A stretch of 64,000 nucleotides of DNA from Squalus acanthias. Taxonomy: Eukaryota. Location of the stretch: positions 248,001-312,000 of the forward strand of contig JASTWF010000338.1 of the NCBI GenBank assembly GCA_030390025.1. The letters run 5' to 3'. The notes beneath the pieces are model-generated. The model had not been told where the DNA came from and ran no database searches. It worked only from the letters and a program-made list of their open reading frames with translations. Made by a program: the position numbers and the translations under genes. Below are positions 50,520-61,049 of this stretch, piece after piece; the stretch's first letter is position 1; the number at the start of each line of letters is the position of its first letter.

Positions 50520-51540
50520 GTGGGTTCGAGCTCCACTCCAGGACTTCAGCACATCGGGGTAGAGTTTCCGGGGCGCGAATTGCGCTGAAAATCGCGCAAG
50601 TTTCTCGAAGTGAGGTTATGGTTCAAGCTTCCGCTCAAACCTATTTGCATAATCACAAACGTAAAATCTTCCATGAACCAGCTCAATCGGGCAGCGTTTT
50701 AGAACATAATGTTTATTTTCCCTTGCATTAAAAAATATTCCTTGATATATTTAAGAGCGGTAACCTGGTGCAGTTTGATTAATACAGCTGACAGTGGGTT
50801 AATCACAAAAAATAAGCACTTTTAATCAGTCCACCACCTGTGAGTTAGCCGATTTTAAATGACTGAAAATGACTTTAAAAACTCTACAGAACCATTGACT
50901 AGTTTCATTGGTGTACACTAGTCAGTTTCTTAGTAAATGACATGTTTTTAATGTTTAAAAGATTTGAAAGGTGCCTATTCGTGTCCTTGCGCTTAAAAAA
51001 AGGCTTAATTTTAAGAGCCTCCTCGAAGGGCCACAAACAGGCACAATTAGCGGAAACTCGCCCTGCTGACTCATTCGATCTGGAGGCGTGGCCAGTTTTG
51101 TGGGCGGGGCCAACTTCCAACGATATGTTTCTTAAACCAGCGCAAAAGATCGCAGAAACGGCACGTAACTTGTGCTTGAAATTCCTCGATCTTTTGCGCT
51201 GGTTTGGCCGATTTGAGGCAAAACTCTACCCCATAATCCAAACTGACACTTCAGTGCCGTACTGAGCGAGTTTGCATTGACGGAGATTTTGTATGTTGGA
51301 TAAGTCATTAAACCATTTGTTTGCAAAAAGAAATCCCATGAAATTATTCGAAGAAGAGCAGGGGAGTTGTCCCGGTGTAATGGCCAACATTCACTCTTCA
51401 ACCAACACTACCGAAAACTGATTAACTGGTTAATTAATCTGGTTGTTTGTCGGACCTTGCTGTGCGTAAAGTGACAACACTTCAAAATTAATTCTTTGGC
51501 TTGGGACATTCTCAGGACATGAAAGGCACTATATCAATTT
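50520..51540 (+). mobile_element. DeuSINE-like (SacSINE1/AmnSINE-type) SINE interrupted by a MITE
   Basis: B-box-like GGGTTCGAGCTCC, then CTGACACTTCAGTGCCGTACTGAG and an L2-like 3' end GAAAGGCACTATAT. Family recognised from memory. Confidence 0.55.
50556..51232. mobile_element. Harbinger-like MITE
   Basis: TIR GGGGTAGAGTTT/AAACTCTACCCC; it splits the SINE. Confidence 0.75.
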
Positions 51541-53094
51541 TTTTTTAATTTATTCATTCATGGGATGTGGGCGTTGCCGGCAAGGCCAGCATTTATTGCC
51601 CATCCCTAATTGCCCTTGAGAAGGTGGTGGTGAGCCGCCTTCTTGAACCGCTGCAGTCTGTGTGGTGAAGGTACTCCCACATTACTGTCAGGAAGGAGTT
51701 CCAGGATTTTGACCCAGCGACGATGAAGGAACGGCGATATATTTCCAAGTCAGGATGGTGTGTGACTTGGAGGGGAACTTGGAGGTGGTGGTGTTTCCAT
51801 GTGCCTGCTGCCCTTGTCCTTCTAGGTGATAGAGATCGCGGGTTTGGGAGGTGCTGCCGAAGAAAAATGCAAGTTCTTTCGCTCTGTAGCAGAGACAGTG
51901 GCCACTCTTTAAAGTGCTTGGATGGGTGACGGTGACTCTTTGTTGGCTTTGCTTACGCCTCCATTGCTGACCTTGTTGAGGTTCAGACCTGTCTCGGAAG
52001 CATTGACTCTGTCAGTGCAATATAGCCAAGGCTCCTTCCACAGACAGACTAATCAATGCAGAATTTCGCACCCGTACCAGAATTTCTACTGTCATTCTCC
52101 CCACCCCTTGTTATACTTCCTCAAATAGTTTTTCCTGCTGTAATTAGTTTGGAGCCAGTGCTTGATGTACCAATCCCATTATCTAATCGGAATCCAAATG
52201 GTGTCAGGATACCAAGGATAGGATTCTCCTCTTCACTGGAGTATGACGGTTGAGGTGGGCCGTGGAGGGACCCTGTACCCTGAGACCGCTCAATCCCCCA
52301 CCCATTTTGTTTGCAAGGCATTCTCCAGGGAGGGATCGCCACCACGAGAGAGCCTACAAACTATCAGCAACCTGAAGATGTGGTAGTGCTGCAGCACCAG
52401 AAGATGTGCCAAGGGACCTTAAGAGGCAGAAGAACCAAAAGGTGAAGAAACCTACCAGTCTTGTAGGCCTCAGCAGATTGAGGCCTACAAAGGCAAGTGC
52501 TGGGTCTGAACAGGAAGTAGAGGAGGCCTCTCCTAGGCCCCCTCCCTCCATTTAGAGAAATCGGGACCTTTTTCACAGCTACCCCGAGCCTACTAACACC
52601 TTTCACCATGCAGTCCCGGGGAGCAGCAGTAACAGGGATGGCTGCAGGAAATCCACTGGGAACTCGAGGCCCAGGACCCGGCTCTCATTTACATGCGGCA
52701 GGTGGGGAAGAGCAGCCAGTGGGGGTCCTGGCGGAGGCAAGGGGTCGGGGCAGGAGCACAGCAAAAGGCTTTACCACCAATTTTGCCCCTTTTCTGCTGC
52801 TATCCTGGCCCATTAGGGAGTAGAAAGCAGAGGAAACCCCAATCTCAAGCCTCTAATCCCCATTATGTGCATATTGTTAATCACCATTCATTTCACACCT
52901 TGTGCACTGAATAGTGTTGAAAGGTGAAATGCACAGGGACTCTGTAACACCACCATTGGCAGCTCCTTAACCAACTGGTTTTTGCAATTTGGCAGGCTAA
53001 TAAGCAAGGTGTCAAATGCATGAGGATTACTGAGCTCTAAATCAATGAAGATTAGTGTCACATTCAGATGCAGAACACCAATGACTGGTTTTGG

Positions 53095-53262
53095 GGTTTT
53101 TGAAACAATCCAACAGCTTCATGGTCAGCTTTTCATTGCCAGATTTTTTAAAATTGAATTCAAATTCTCGAACTGCCACTCTGGGATTTTAACTCACTTT
53201 CACTGGATTATTAAACCAACCTCTGGATTACTAGTCCAGTAACATAACCATTGCACTACCAT
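53095..53262 (-). mobile_element. tRNA-derived SINE head
   Basis: Minus strand GGTAGTGCAATGGTTATGTTACTGGACTAGTAATCCAGAGG...GAGTTAAAATCCCA (A- and B-box-like). Confidence 0.5.
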
Positions 53263-54402
53263 TCTCTTGGCAGGACTGGCTTTGGTACATCGGGTATTGG
53301 TTACTACTATTGAAGATCTAGTTGCCACGTATCACCGAACTATCTCACTTTGCTCGGTGAGACAGCCACCTGTTAAACCACAACTATTACTGCAAGCATC
53401 TGAGCAGTACATTTGGCATAGAGGCGAAACACAGCAAATTGCTTTTAAACATTTTTTTTTCTAAACAGCCACCAGTTAACTGATGTTTTTATACAGTATC
53501 TTTTTAAATATATTTATTGTACTGAGATTGGGATGTTTCCAAATCCCGAGCAGGTTTGCTGCAGGAACAACATTCTCATGCCACAGAATTTGGTCCGTTT
53601 TTAGTGCAGAAAGGGACCTTGAGCTGACGCAGAATTTTAGGGACCTTGACTGTTTGCTTGGGAGCGCCTCTCTCCGACAGCCCAGAATCCTACACACACG
53701 AGCCTGCCTAATGAAGGGTGACACCAGCGGTGTTGGAGGGAGTAGCACATCTTTGTCTTGCTGTCTCCGCTCCACGGCAAAGTCCTTTGTCCTTTCCCGC
53801 CGACTTCTCAAGGATGTTAGGGCTCAAGACATTTCACATCCAGTCAAGTCAAGAGAGACAGGTCAGCATGTCCCCCAGAGTAGCAGTGGATACAGTGGCT
53901 TGAATCTATAAGTTTCTTTATGCTTAACCTTACAACTAGCACACTCATGCTCTGCCAGGGCTCTGTCCGTCCGGCCAGAGGCAGAAACCCCTGGAGTCAA
54001 CCACATCTTTGGAAGGTAATTGGGAGTTGGAGTCCAACTGTGCCATTCAAGAGGTGGTAAAGAGTGAGTCTGCCCTTTTGAAATACCACTCGATCAGGCT
54101 GCCTGGATGTTTGAAACCATCGATTCAAGGGTCCCAGAGAATTAAATGGGGCAGCTCCCAATACCCTTGCTTTATGGTGGAGCCCTTTGCTCTGGATTTC
54201 TCGAAAGTCACATTATTCAACTTTTGTGGGATTTGTTTTGCACTTCACCCCTTTGAGGAGCTTACAAGGATGTCTGCCCAGATTTGCACAAGGGTTCCAT
54301 TCATAAATGAACCTTATCGGTAGGTAGGTGGGACAGTCCAACTTTCTAGTCAAGTGTTTGGAGGAACGGGTCTCTGCTGACACGAGTCTGATGGTAACAT
54401 AC

Positions 54403-54562
54403 CTGAGGGCTGGTCTGCGGTCAGTTTGGTCACAGAGACCTGTAAGGCAGAGAGCTTGGCTTTCATGTTGCAGATCCCATCAGTAAAACGGTTTTCCTGT
54501 CCTTTTAGGAATTGTTGCATTTGTCGGATGGCAGTTAGGACCTTCTGTCTGTTCAGGCAACC
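54403..54562 (-). CDS. fbln7: Fibulin-7 (or fibulin-7-like paralog) coding exon, N-terminal coiled coil
   Basis: ttttcattgtgtag|GGT...TCA G|gtatgt, 160 nt, phase 0-1. Translates GCLNRQKVLTAIRQMQQFLKGQENRFTDGICNMKAKLSALQVSVTKLTADQPS, matching recalled human FBLN7 NCLSKQQLLSAIRQLQQLLKGQETRFAEGIRHMKSRLAALQNSV. Confidence 0.9.
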
Positions 54563-54895
54563 CTACACAATGAAAATAGGAGTGAATTGGAGGTTAGTTC
54601 TGACATTAACTGATTTCTCTGCAGCCTTTGACACGGTTGACCACATCACCCTCCTCCAATGCCTTTCCTCCTTGGTTCCACTGTTACCGATCGAATCGTA
54701 GCCAGAGCATCTCCAGAAATAGCTTCTCTTCCCTTCCCTAAAATATTACCTCAGAGTCCTCCAAGGATCGATCCTTAGACCCCTCCTCTTCCTCACCTAT
54801 ATGGTGCCCCAGGTGACATCATCCAAAGACATAGGATCAGCTTCCACATGTATGCTGACGACACCCAGTTCTTCTTCTCCACCACCTGTCTTGAC

Positions 54896-55058
54896 CAATG
54901 TTCCCTTTAGTATTTTTTAGGTGCGCGGGCCCTTTAAGGGGCTGCGCAGCCCATTCATAATACCACACATGCGCGGTTTTTCCCCTTTAAAAGCCGGTGA
55001 GCCGGCTGCGCGGGAGTTCCAGAGCGTTGCACGGCCGCGCAGCTTAACGGGAACGTTG
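54896..55058. mobile_element. hAT-type MITE, 163 bp
   Basis: TIR CAATGTTCCC/GGGAACGTTG and an 8-bp TSD GTCTTGAC/CTCTTGAC (7/8 match). Confidence 0.7.
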
Positions 55059-55640
55059 CTCTTGACCCCTCCACTGCCCCTCTGTTGTCAGACTGCTTGT
55101 CCAACACCCAGTCTTAGATAAGCCTTAATTTCCTCCAGTTAAACATTGGGAACAAAGCCATCATCTTAGGCCTCCAACCAGAAATGTTGTACCCTTGTCA
55201 CAAATTCCATCCCCCTCCCAGGCCACTGACTATTCGCAACATCAGATTCCCAAGCTGAGCCTCTAACCCCATATCCTCTCCATTGCAAAGACCGCCGCTG
55301 ACCTCCATCTCCACCTCCATCATATACCTGCCTCCTGCCCTAACTCAGCCCACCTGTCACTGAAACCCGATTCCATCTCTTTGCCAGCTCCAGCTTTAAT
55401 TGCTCCAATACTCTGCTGGCCGGCCTCCCTCAAATCCTCCACTCTTTGTAAACTTCAGCTGCCCATGTCCTATCCTGTATCAAGTCCCGCTCACCCATCA
55501 CTCTTGTCCTTGTCTACCTACATTGGCTCCCAGTCCTCCAATTTAAAAGCAAAATATGCGGATGCTGGAAATCTGAAATAAAAACAGAAGATGCTGGAAA
55601 CACTCAGCAGGTCAGGCAGCATCTGTGGAGAGAGAAACAG

Positions 55641-55677
55641 AGTTAACGTTTCAGGTCGATGACCCTTCATCAGAACT
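55641..55677 (-). ncRNA. Minimal hammerhead ribozyme in Penelope pLTR fragment (55545-55735)
   Basis: Minus strand AGTT-CTGATGA-AGGGTC(ATC)GACCT-GAAA-CGTT-AACT. Confidence 0.75.
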
Positions 55678-55754
55678 GCCTGACCTGCATCTGCATATTT
55701 TGTTCCAGCCTTTTCTGTTTTTACCTCCAATTTAATATTCTCATCCTTCTGTTT

Positions 55755-56570
55755 ACATAAGAACATAAGAAATAGGAGCAGGAATAGGCCAATTGGCCCC
55801 TCGAGCCTGCTCCGCCATTCAATAAGATCATGATCTGATCCTAACCACCAATCGACTATCACAGAACCATCTCCTGAACCTAACAGAATTGGACACACGA
55901 CATAGGAGCAGGATCAGGCTACACGGCCCCTGGGCCCGCTACGCTACCCACAGGGCCATGACCGATCCGAACCTAGACTCATGTCCAAATTCCTGCCTGC
56001 TCCCCGTAACCTTTAATTCCCTTTACTTCTAGGAAACTGTCTATTTCTGTTTTAAATTTATGTAATGATGTAGCTTCTACAGCTTTTTGGGGCAGCATAT
56101 TCCATGGACCTACCACCCTCTGAGTGAAGTAGTTCCTTCTCATCTCAGTTTTGAAAGAGCAGCCCCTTATTCTAAGACTATGCCCCCTAGTTCTAGTTTC
56201 ACCCATCATCGGGAACATCCTCCCCGCATCCACCCGATCCAACCCCTTCACAATCTTATATGTTTCAATAAGATCGCCTCTCATTCTTCTGAACTCCAAT
56301 GAGTATTGTCCCAATCTACCCAACCTCTCCTCATATGTCCATCCCCTCATCCCCGGGATTAACCGAGTGAACCTTCTTTGTACTGACTCGAGAGCAAGTA
56401 TGTCTTTTCTTAAGTATGGACACCAAAACTGTATGCAGTATTCCAGGTGCGGTCTCACCAATACCTTGTACAACTGAAGCAATACCTCCCTATTTTTATA
56501 TTCTATCCCCCTAGCAATGAAAGCCAACATTCCATTGGCCTTCTTAATCACTTGCTGCACCTGCATACAT
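55755..56570 (-). mobile_element. CR1 LINE 3' fragment
   Basis: 195-aa ORF2 C-terminus and a CATAAGAA tail. Confidence 0.92.
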
Positions 56571-58589
56571 GTTTAAATCCATTTATGACTTTCTTCTCCC
56601 TCTCTATGTATCCTCCTCCAGCCCTACAGCCTCTTCCCTACCCGAACTCTCCGTTACTCTGACTCTGGCATTTTATTCATCCCCCTCCCCTTTGCCCCAC
56701 CATTGGAAGCTATGCCTTTACCTGCCTGGGCTCCATGCGCTGAAAACCCACCTCTTTGACCAAGCTTTTGGTCACCCCCCATCCTAATATCTCTTTCTCT
56801 GGCGGGACCCATTTTTGTCTGATTATACCTTTGTGCAGCACCTTGGGATGTTTATCTACATTAAAAGCACTATGTAAATGCAAGCACACACATTAAGAAG
56901 AGTACTATTTATTTTAACAATTTCATCGAAAAAAATTAAATAGTCACCAGAATTTTGCCTGTTGTTTTGGTAAAGATACTTATTTTATTATCCTCATGAA
57001 GACGGTCCTTCCCTGGCAGAGCTGCCATTGACGGGGAGTATCCTGTGCTCCTCTGTAGGAAACATCAGAAGCCACAACTTCAGACTAGCTTGGGAGCCGC
57101 CAGATCCCATGGATGGATCTATAAACTGTAGCAGGCCCATATGGCTGTGGGCAGCTCTCAGGCTGGTTTAACGGTGCATCTCTTCCCCCAGGGTTTTCTT
57201 TGTCAGTGAGGTTACCATCCAGCCTAACAAGGAGCAATCTTCAACCTGAGGTCTCCAGGCGCATAATAAAAGCGAGAGAAAATTCTGCTGAAACGTAGAA
57301 AGGCCATTTGACCCATCGCGCCCATTCCTTCCACAGCCCACTTACAATCTGCCCAATCATGGAATGCCCCACAACAGGTTAACCTTCTGTGGCATTAATT
57401 CAGCACAATTACTCCCAGATTCATAAAAGTGATCGAGTGAAACTCCAGAATGTTTATCTATCCTCAAATATCAACTCCTCAATCCTGACCTGCTGCCCTC
57501 TCAAGCAACAATACTCCCCAGCTCCCCAATCCCAGCTCCAACAGCAGAAGATCTATACGTATCTCATGGAGAATTTGCTCATCTCAGTTCATCACCAGAC
57601 GTTTTTCCAATTCTTTTTTGGAGGACTGATTAACACAGCAGCCTCTGTATTTTCTGGGAGTCTTTCTGTGGGGCAGAAAGAAAACCACCTGAGGGGGGAA
57701 AAAATGACCACTGCCTCTGTCTCATATGTATTTGCACAGGCTGCTTTTAATGCCATTCCATATCAACAGCAAGAATAGATGGCAGGAAGGATGCGGTTGA
57801 CAGGACAGTGGGTTGTCTGTACAGGGCGGGATGTGGCATCAGATGCTGACAAAATCCAGCAGCAAGTTTGCCAGCAGTTTACACTGGCACATGGCTGCTA
57901 TGGGGCTCGGGGCTGGCGCTGATTAGTGCCAACTTAGAATATGTCATTCAGGCAATTTATACTAGTAAACCCAGGGTAGATTTCAGTAAGACGGACTCAA
58001 CTCCATTTACCATTATTAACATACTGTAAATTGCTCTGAGAATACAGTTAAACTCCAGTCTCAGTACCGTAGCCACTACAACAACAACTTGTATTTATAA
58101 TAGTGCCTTTAAAGTAGTAAAACGGCCCAAGGCGCTTCACAGGAGCGTTATCAAACAACATCTGACTAAAGCACCAGAGTGTCCCAGATTGTTTATCTTT
58201 ATTGTCTTTTTAGCTTTCAGGATTCCTGAATTAATGTCAATTCATAGAATCATAGAATAGTACAGCACAGAAGGAGGCCATTCGGCCCATCGAGTCTGCG
58301 CCAAGCAGATTTGCTGACAAGTCAGTGCTGTGGGCTGATAGGTTGAAACGCTCTGAAACTCATTTTATAAGACACCTGGCAGCTATTAGAGAGAAGAGTT
58401 TCAACCCGTTTGCCTGGGCTGGATTGACGTAGCGCACTCCCGATACGTTTCCTTGTAAGTGGTGAAGGAATATGGTGGAGGACTTGCAAATTAAAAATTG
58501 GCAATTGAAAATAAGAAAGTAAGCACATTGTTAATGTTTACATTCAGGAACAGTAAGGCAGTGATTAATTGGGTTCCTTTTGTTTGATG

Positions 58590-59221
58590 TCAGCTGAAGT
58601 GATGATGCTGAGAGCTCGCTGATAGGGGTGTAAGGTCAGGGGTTGATCAGGTCAAGTGATGATGCTGAGAGCTCGCTGATAGAGGTGTAAGGTCAGGGGT
58701 TGTTCAGGTGAAGTGATGATGTTGAGAGCTCGCTGATAGGGGTGTAAGGTCAGGGGTTGATCAGCTGAAGTGATGATGCTGAGAGCTCGCTGATAGGGGT
58801 GTAAGGTCAGGGGTTGATCAGCTGAAGTGATGATGTTGAGAGCTCGCTGATAGGGGTGTAAGGTCAGGGGTTGATCAGCTGAAGTGATGATGTTGAGAGC
58901 TCGCTGATAGGGGTGTAAGGTCAGGGGTTGATCAGCTGAAGTGATGATGCTGAGAGCTCGCTGATAGGGGTGTAAGGTCAGGGGTTGATCAGGTCAAGTG
59001 ATGATGTTGAGAGCTCGCTGATAGGGGTGTAAGGTCAGGGGTTGATCAGGTCAAGTGATGATGTTGAGAGCTCGCTGATAGGGGTGTAAGGTCAGGGGTT
59101 GATCAGGTCAAGTGATGATGTTGAGAGCTCGCTGATAGGGGTGTAAGGTCAGGGGTTGATCAGGTGAAGTGATGATGTTGAGAGCTCGCTGATAGGGGTG
59201 TAAGGTCAGGGGTTGATCAGA
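58590..59221. repeat. 57-bp minisatellite, ~11 copies
   Basis: Unit GTGATGATGTTGAGAGCTCGCTGATAGGGGTGTAAGGTCAGGGGTTGATCAGCTGAA. Confidence 0.95.
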
Positions 59222-59859
59222 TGCAATTGAAAGGAGACAGGCAGCAAAGCAGCATCCCTCTAAGAATGGACAGTAATGGAATGATACAAAGATACAAAAT
59301 GATTGTGTGCGACCAGCAGGTGGAAACGGTGGGACCTTGAGGAATGGGGAACATGAGGAGCAACAGTGGGAGCAGTAGAAGGGGACAAAAGAGAACAGAA
59401 AGGTTACCACACAAGGGGTGGACATTCCGAGACTGGTCAGAAGGTGGAAAAATGGGTGTCCTCAACGCATATGGTCTTCAGTTATATGGACGAGGAAGTA
59501 CCCAGGTTCAGTACCTGGTCTGTGCTGAGTTAACGGATTTCAGCCAGGTTGGTCTCAGTACCACCAGACTGAGGAGAGGAAATACAGCCAGGTTTCCCCC
59601 ACTTCAATGCTTTCCACTTGTCCCGGCTGGGAAGTGCGCATGTGTGTATGTTGCTGGAAGACAGGATCGAGCTTGTGTGTGCTGTCCCCACAGTAAAATA
59701 GCCTGCCGCTACACACTGCCCAGGCTTGTACTCGGGCGACGTAAAGGACAATAGTCGATAAGGTATTCCCTCATGAGCTAACATCTTCAGTAGAGGAGGG
59801 GAGAAATTGGGGGTGGAATATGGAAAGCAGAGAGAAGAAAAGTAAGAAGAAGCATTAAA

Positions 59860-60706
59860 TTACAAAGCGATATTAACCGATTAAGTGAATGGGCAAAACT
59901 GTGCTAAATGGATTTCAATATAGGCAAGTGTGAGGTCATCCACTTTGGACCTAAAACGTATAGATTAGAGTACTTTCTAAATGGTGAAAGGCTAGAAGCA
60001 GTGGCGGTCAAAGAGACTTGGGGGTCCATGTACGTAGATCATCAACAGGTCATGGACAGGTACAACAAATAATCAAAAAGGCTAATGGAATGCTGGTCTT
60101 TATATCTAGAGGACTAGAAACCAAGGGGTTAGAAGTCATGCCACAGCTATACAAAGCCCTGGAGCACTATGTTCAGTTCTGGGCACCACACCTTAGGAAG
60201 GATATATTGGCCTTGGAGGGAGTGCAGTGTAGATTTACCAGAATGATACCTGGACTCCAAGGGCTTATGTTACGAGGAGAGGTTACACAAAGTAGGGTTG
60301 TATTTCCTAGAAATTAGAAGATTAAACAACAATTTGATCATCGTTTTCAAGATATTAAGAGGAACTGACAGGGTAGATAGAGATAAACTATTTCCACTGG
60401 TTGGGGAATCTAGGACTAGGGGACATAGCCTTATAATTAGAGCCAGATCTTTCAGGAGTGAAGTTAGGAAATACTTCTACATGCAAAGAATGGTAGAAGT
60501 TTGGAACTCTCATCCGCAAATGACAGTTGATGCTGGGTCAATTATTAATTTAAAATCTGAGATTGATAGATTTCTGTTAACCAGGGTATTAAGGGATATG
60601 GGGCAAAGGCGGTTATGAAGAGTTAGGTCGCAGATCAGCCATGAGCTCATTGAATGGAGGAACAGGTTCGAGGGGCTAAATAGCCTACTCCTGTTCCTAT
60701 GTTCCT
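59860..60706 (+). mobile_element. CR1 LINE 3' fragment, decayed
   Basis: IIKKANGML...VQFWAPHLRKDILALEGVQ with a TTCCTATG tail. Confidence 0.88.
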
Positions 60707-61049
60707 AGAAGAGAGAGAACAGGAAGTAACCTGCTGATAGAAAAGAGGTCAGGAGATCTGAGTCAGGAAGAACCTGTCAAAGGAACAGAAAAAACAGAAT
60801 TACAGTTGACCTGTGGAAGATCAGGAAAGAATATTTCCAGCAAAAGTGCAAACTGAGGTGTCCTCATCCACTGTCTTAACATCCACTCCCTCTACCTCCA
60901 GCACACCGTGGCTGCAGTGTGTACCATCTACAGGATGCACTGCAGAAAGTCGCCAAGGCTTCTTCAGCAGCACCTCCCAAACCCGCGACCTCCACCACCT
61001 AGAAGGACATGGGCAGCAGGCGCATGGGAACACCACCACCTCCAGGAAA

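Larger units (their letters stand above)
54605..56885 (+). mobile_element. L2 LINE fragment with nested hAT MITE, Penelope fragment and CR1
   Basis: DFSAAFDTVDH and YADDTQ. The L2 3' end is at ~56740-56885. Confidence 0.75.

Noticed and set aside
27723..54403. In-frame fbln7-env fusion by splicing the host exon into the env acceptor
   Set aside because: The phase-1 exon plus the 13-nt leader reads GAG AGG AAA TCG GCA TGA, which is out of frame with an immediate stop.
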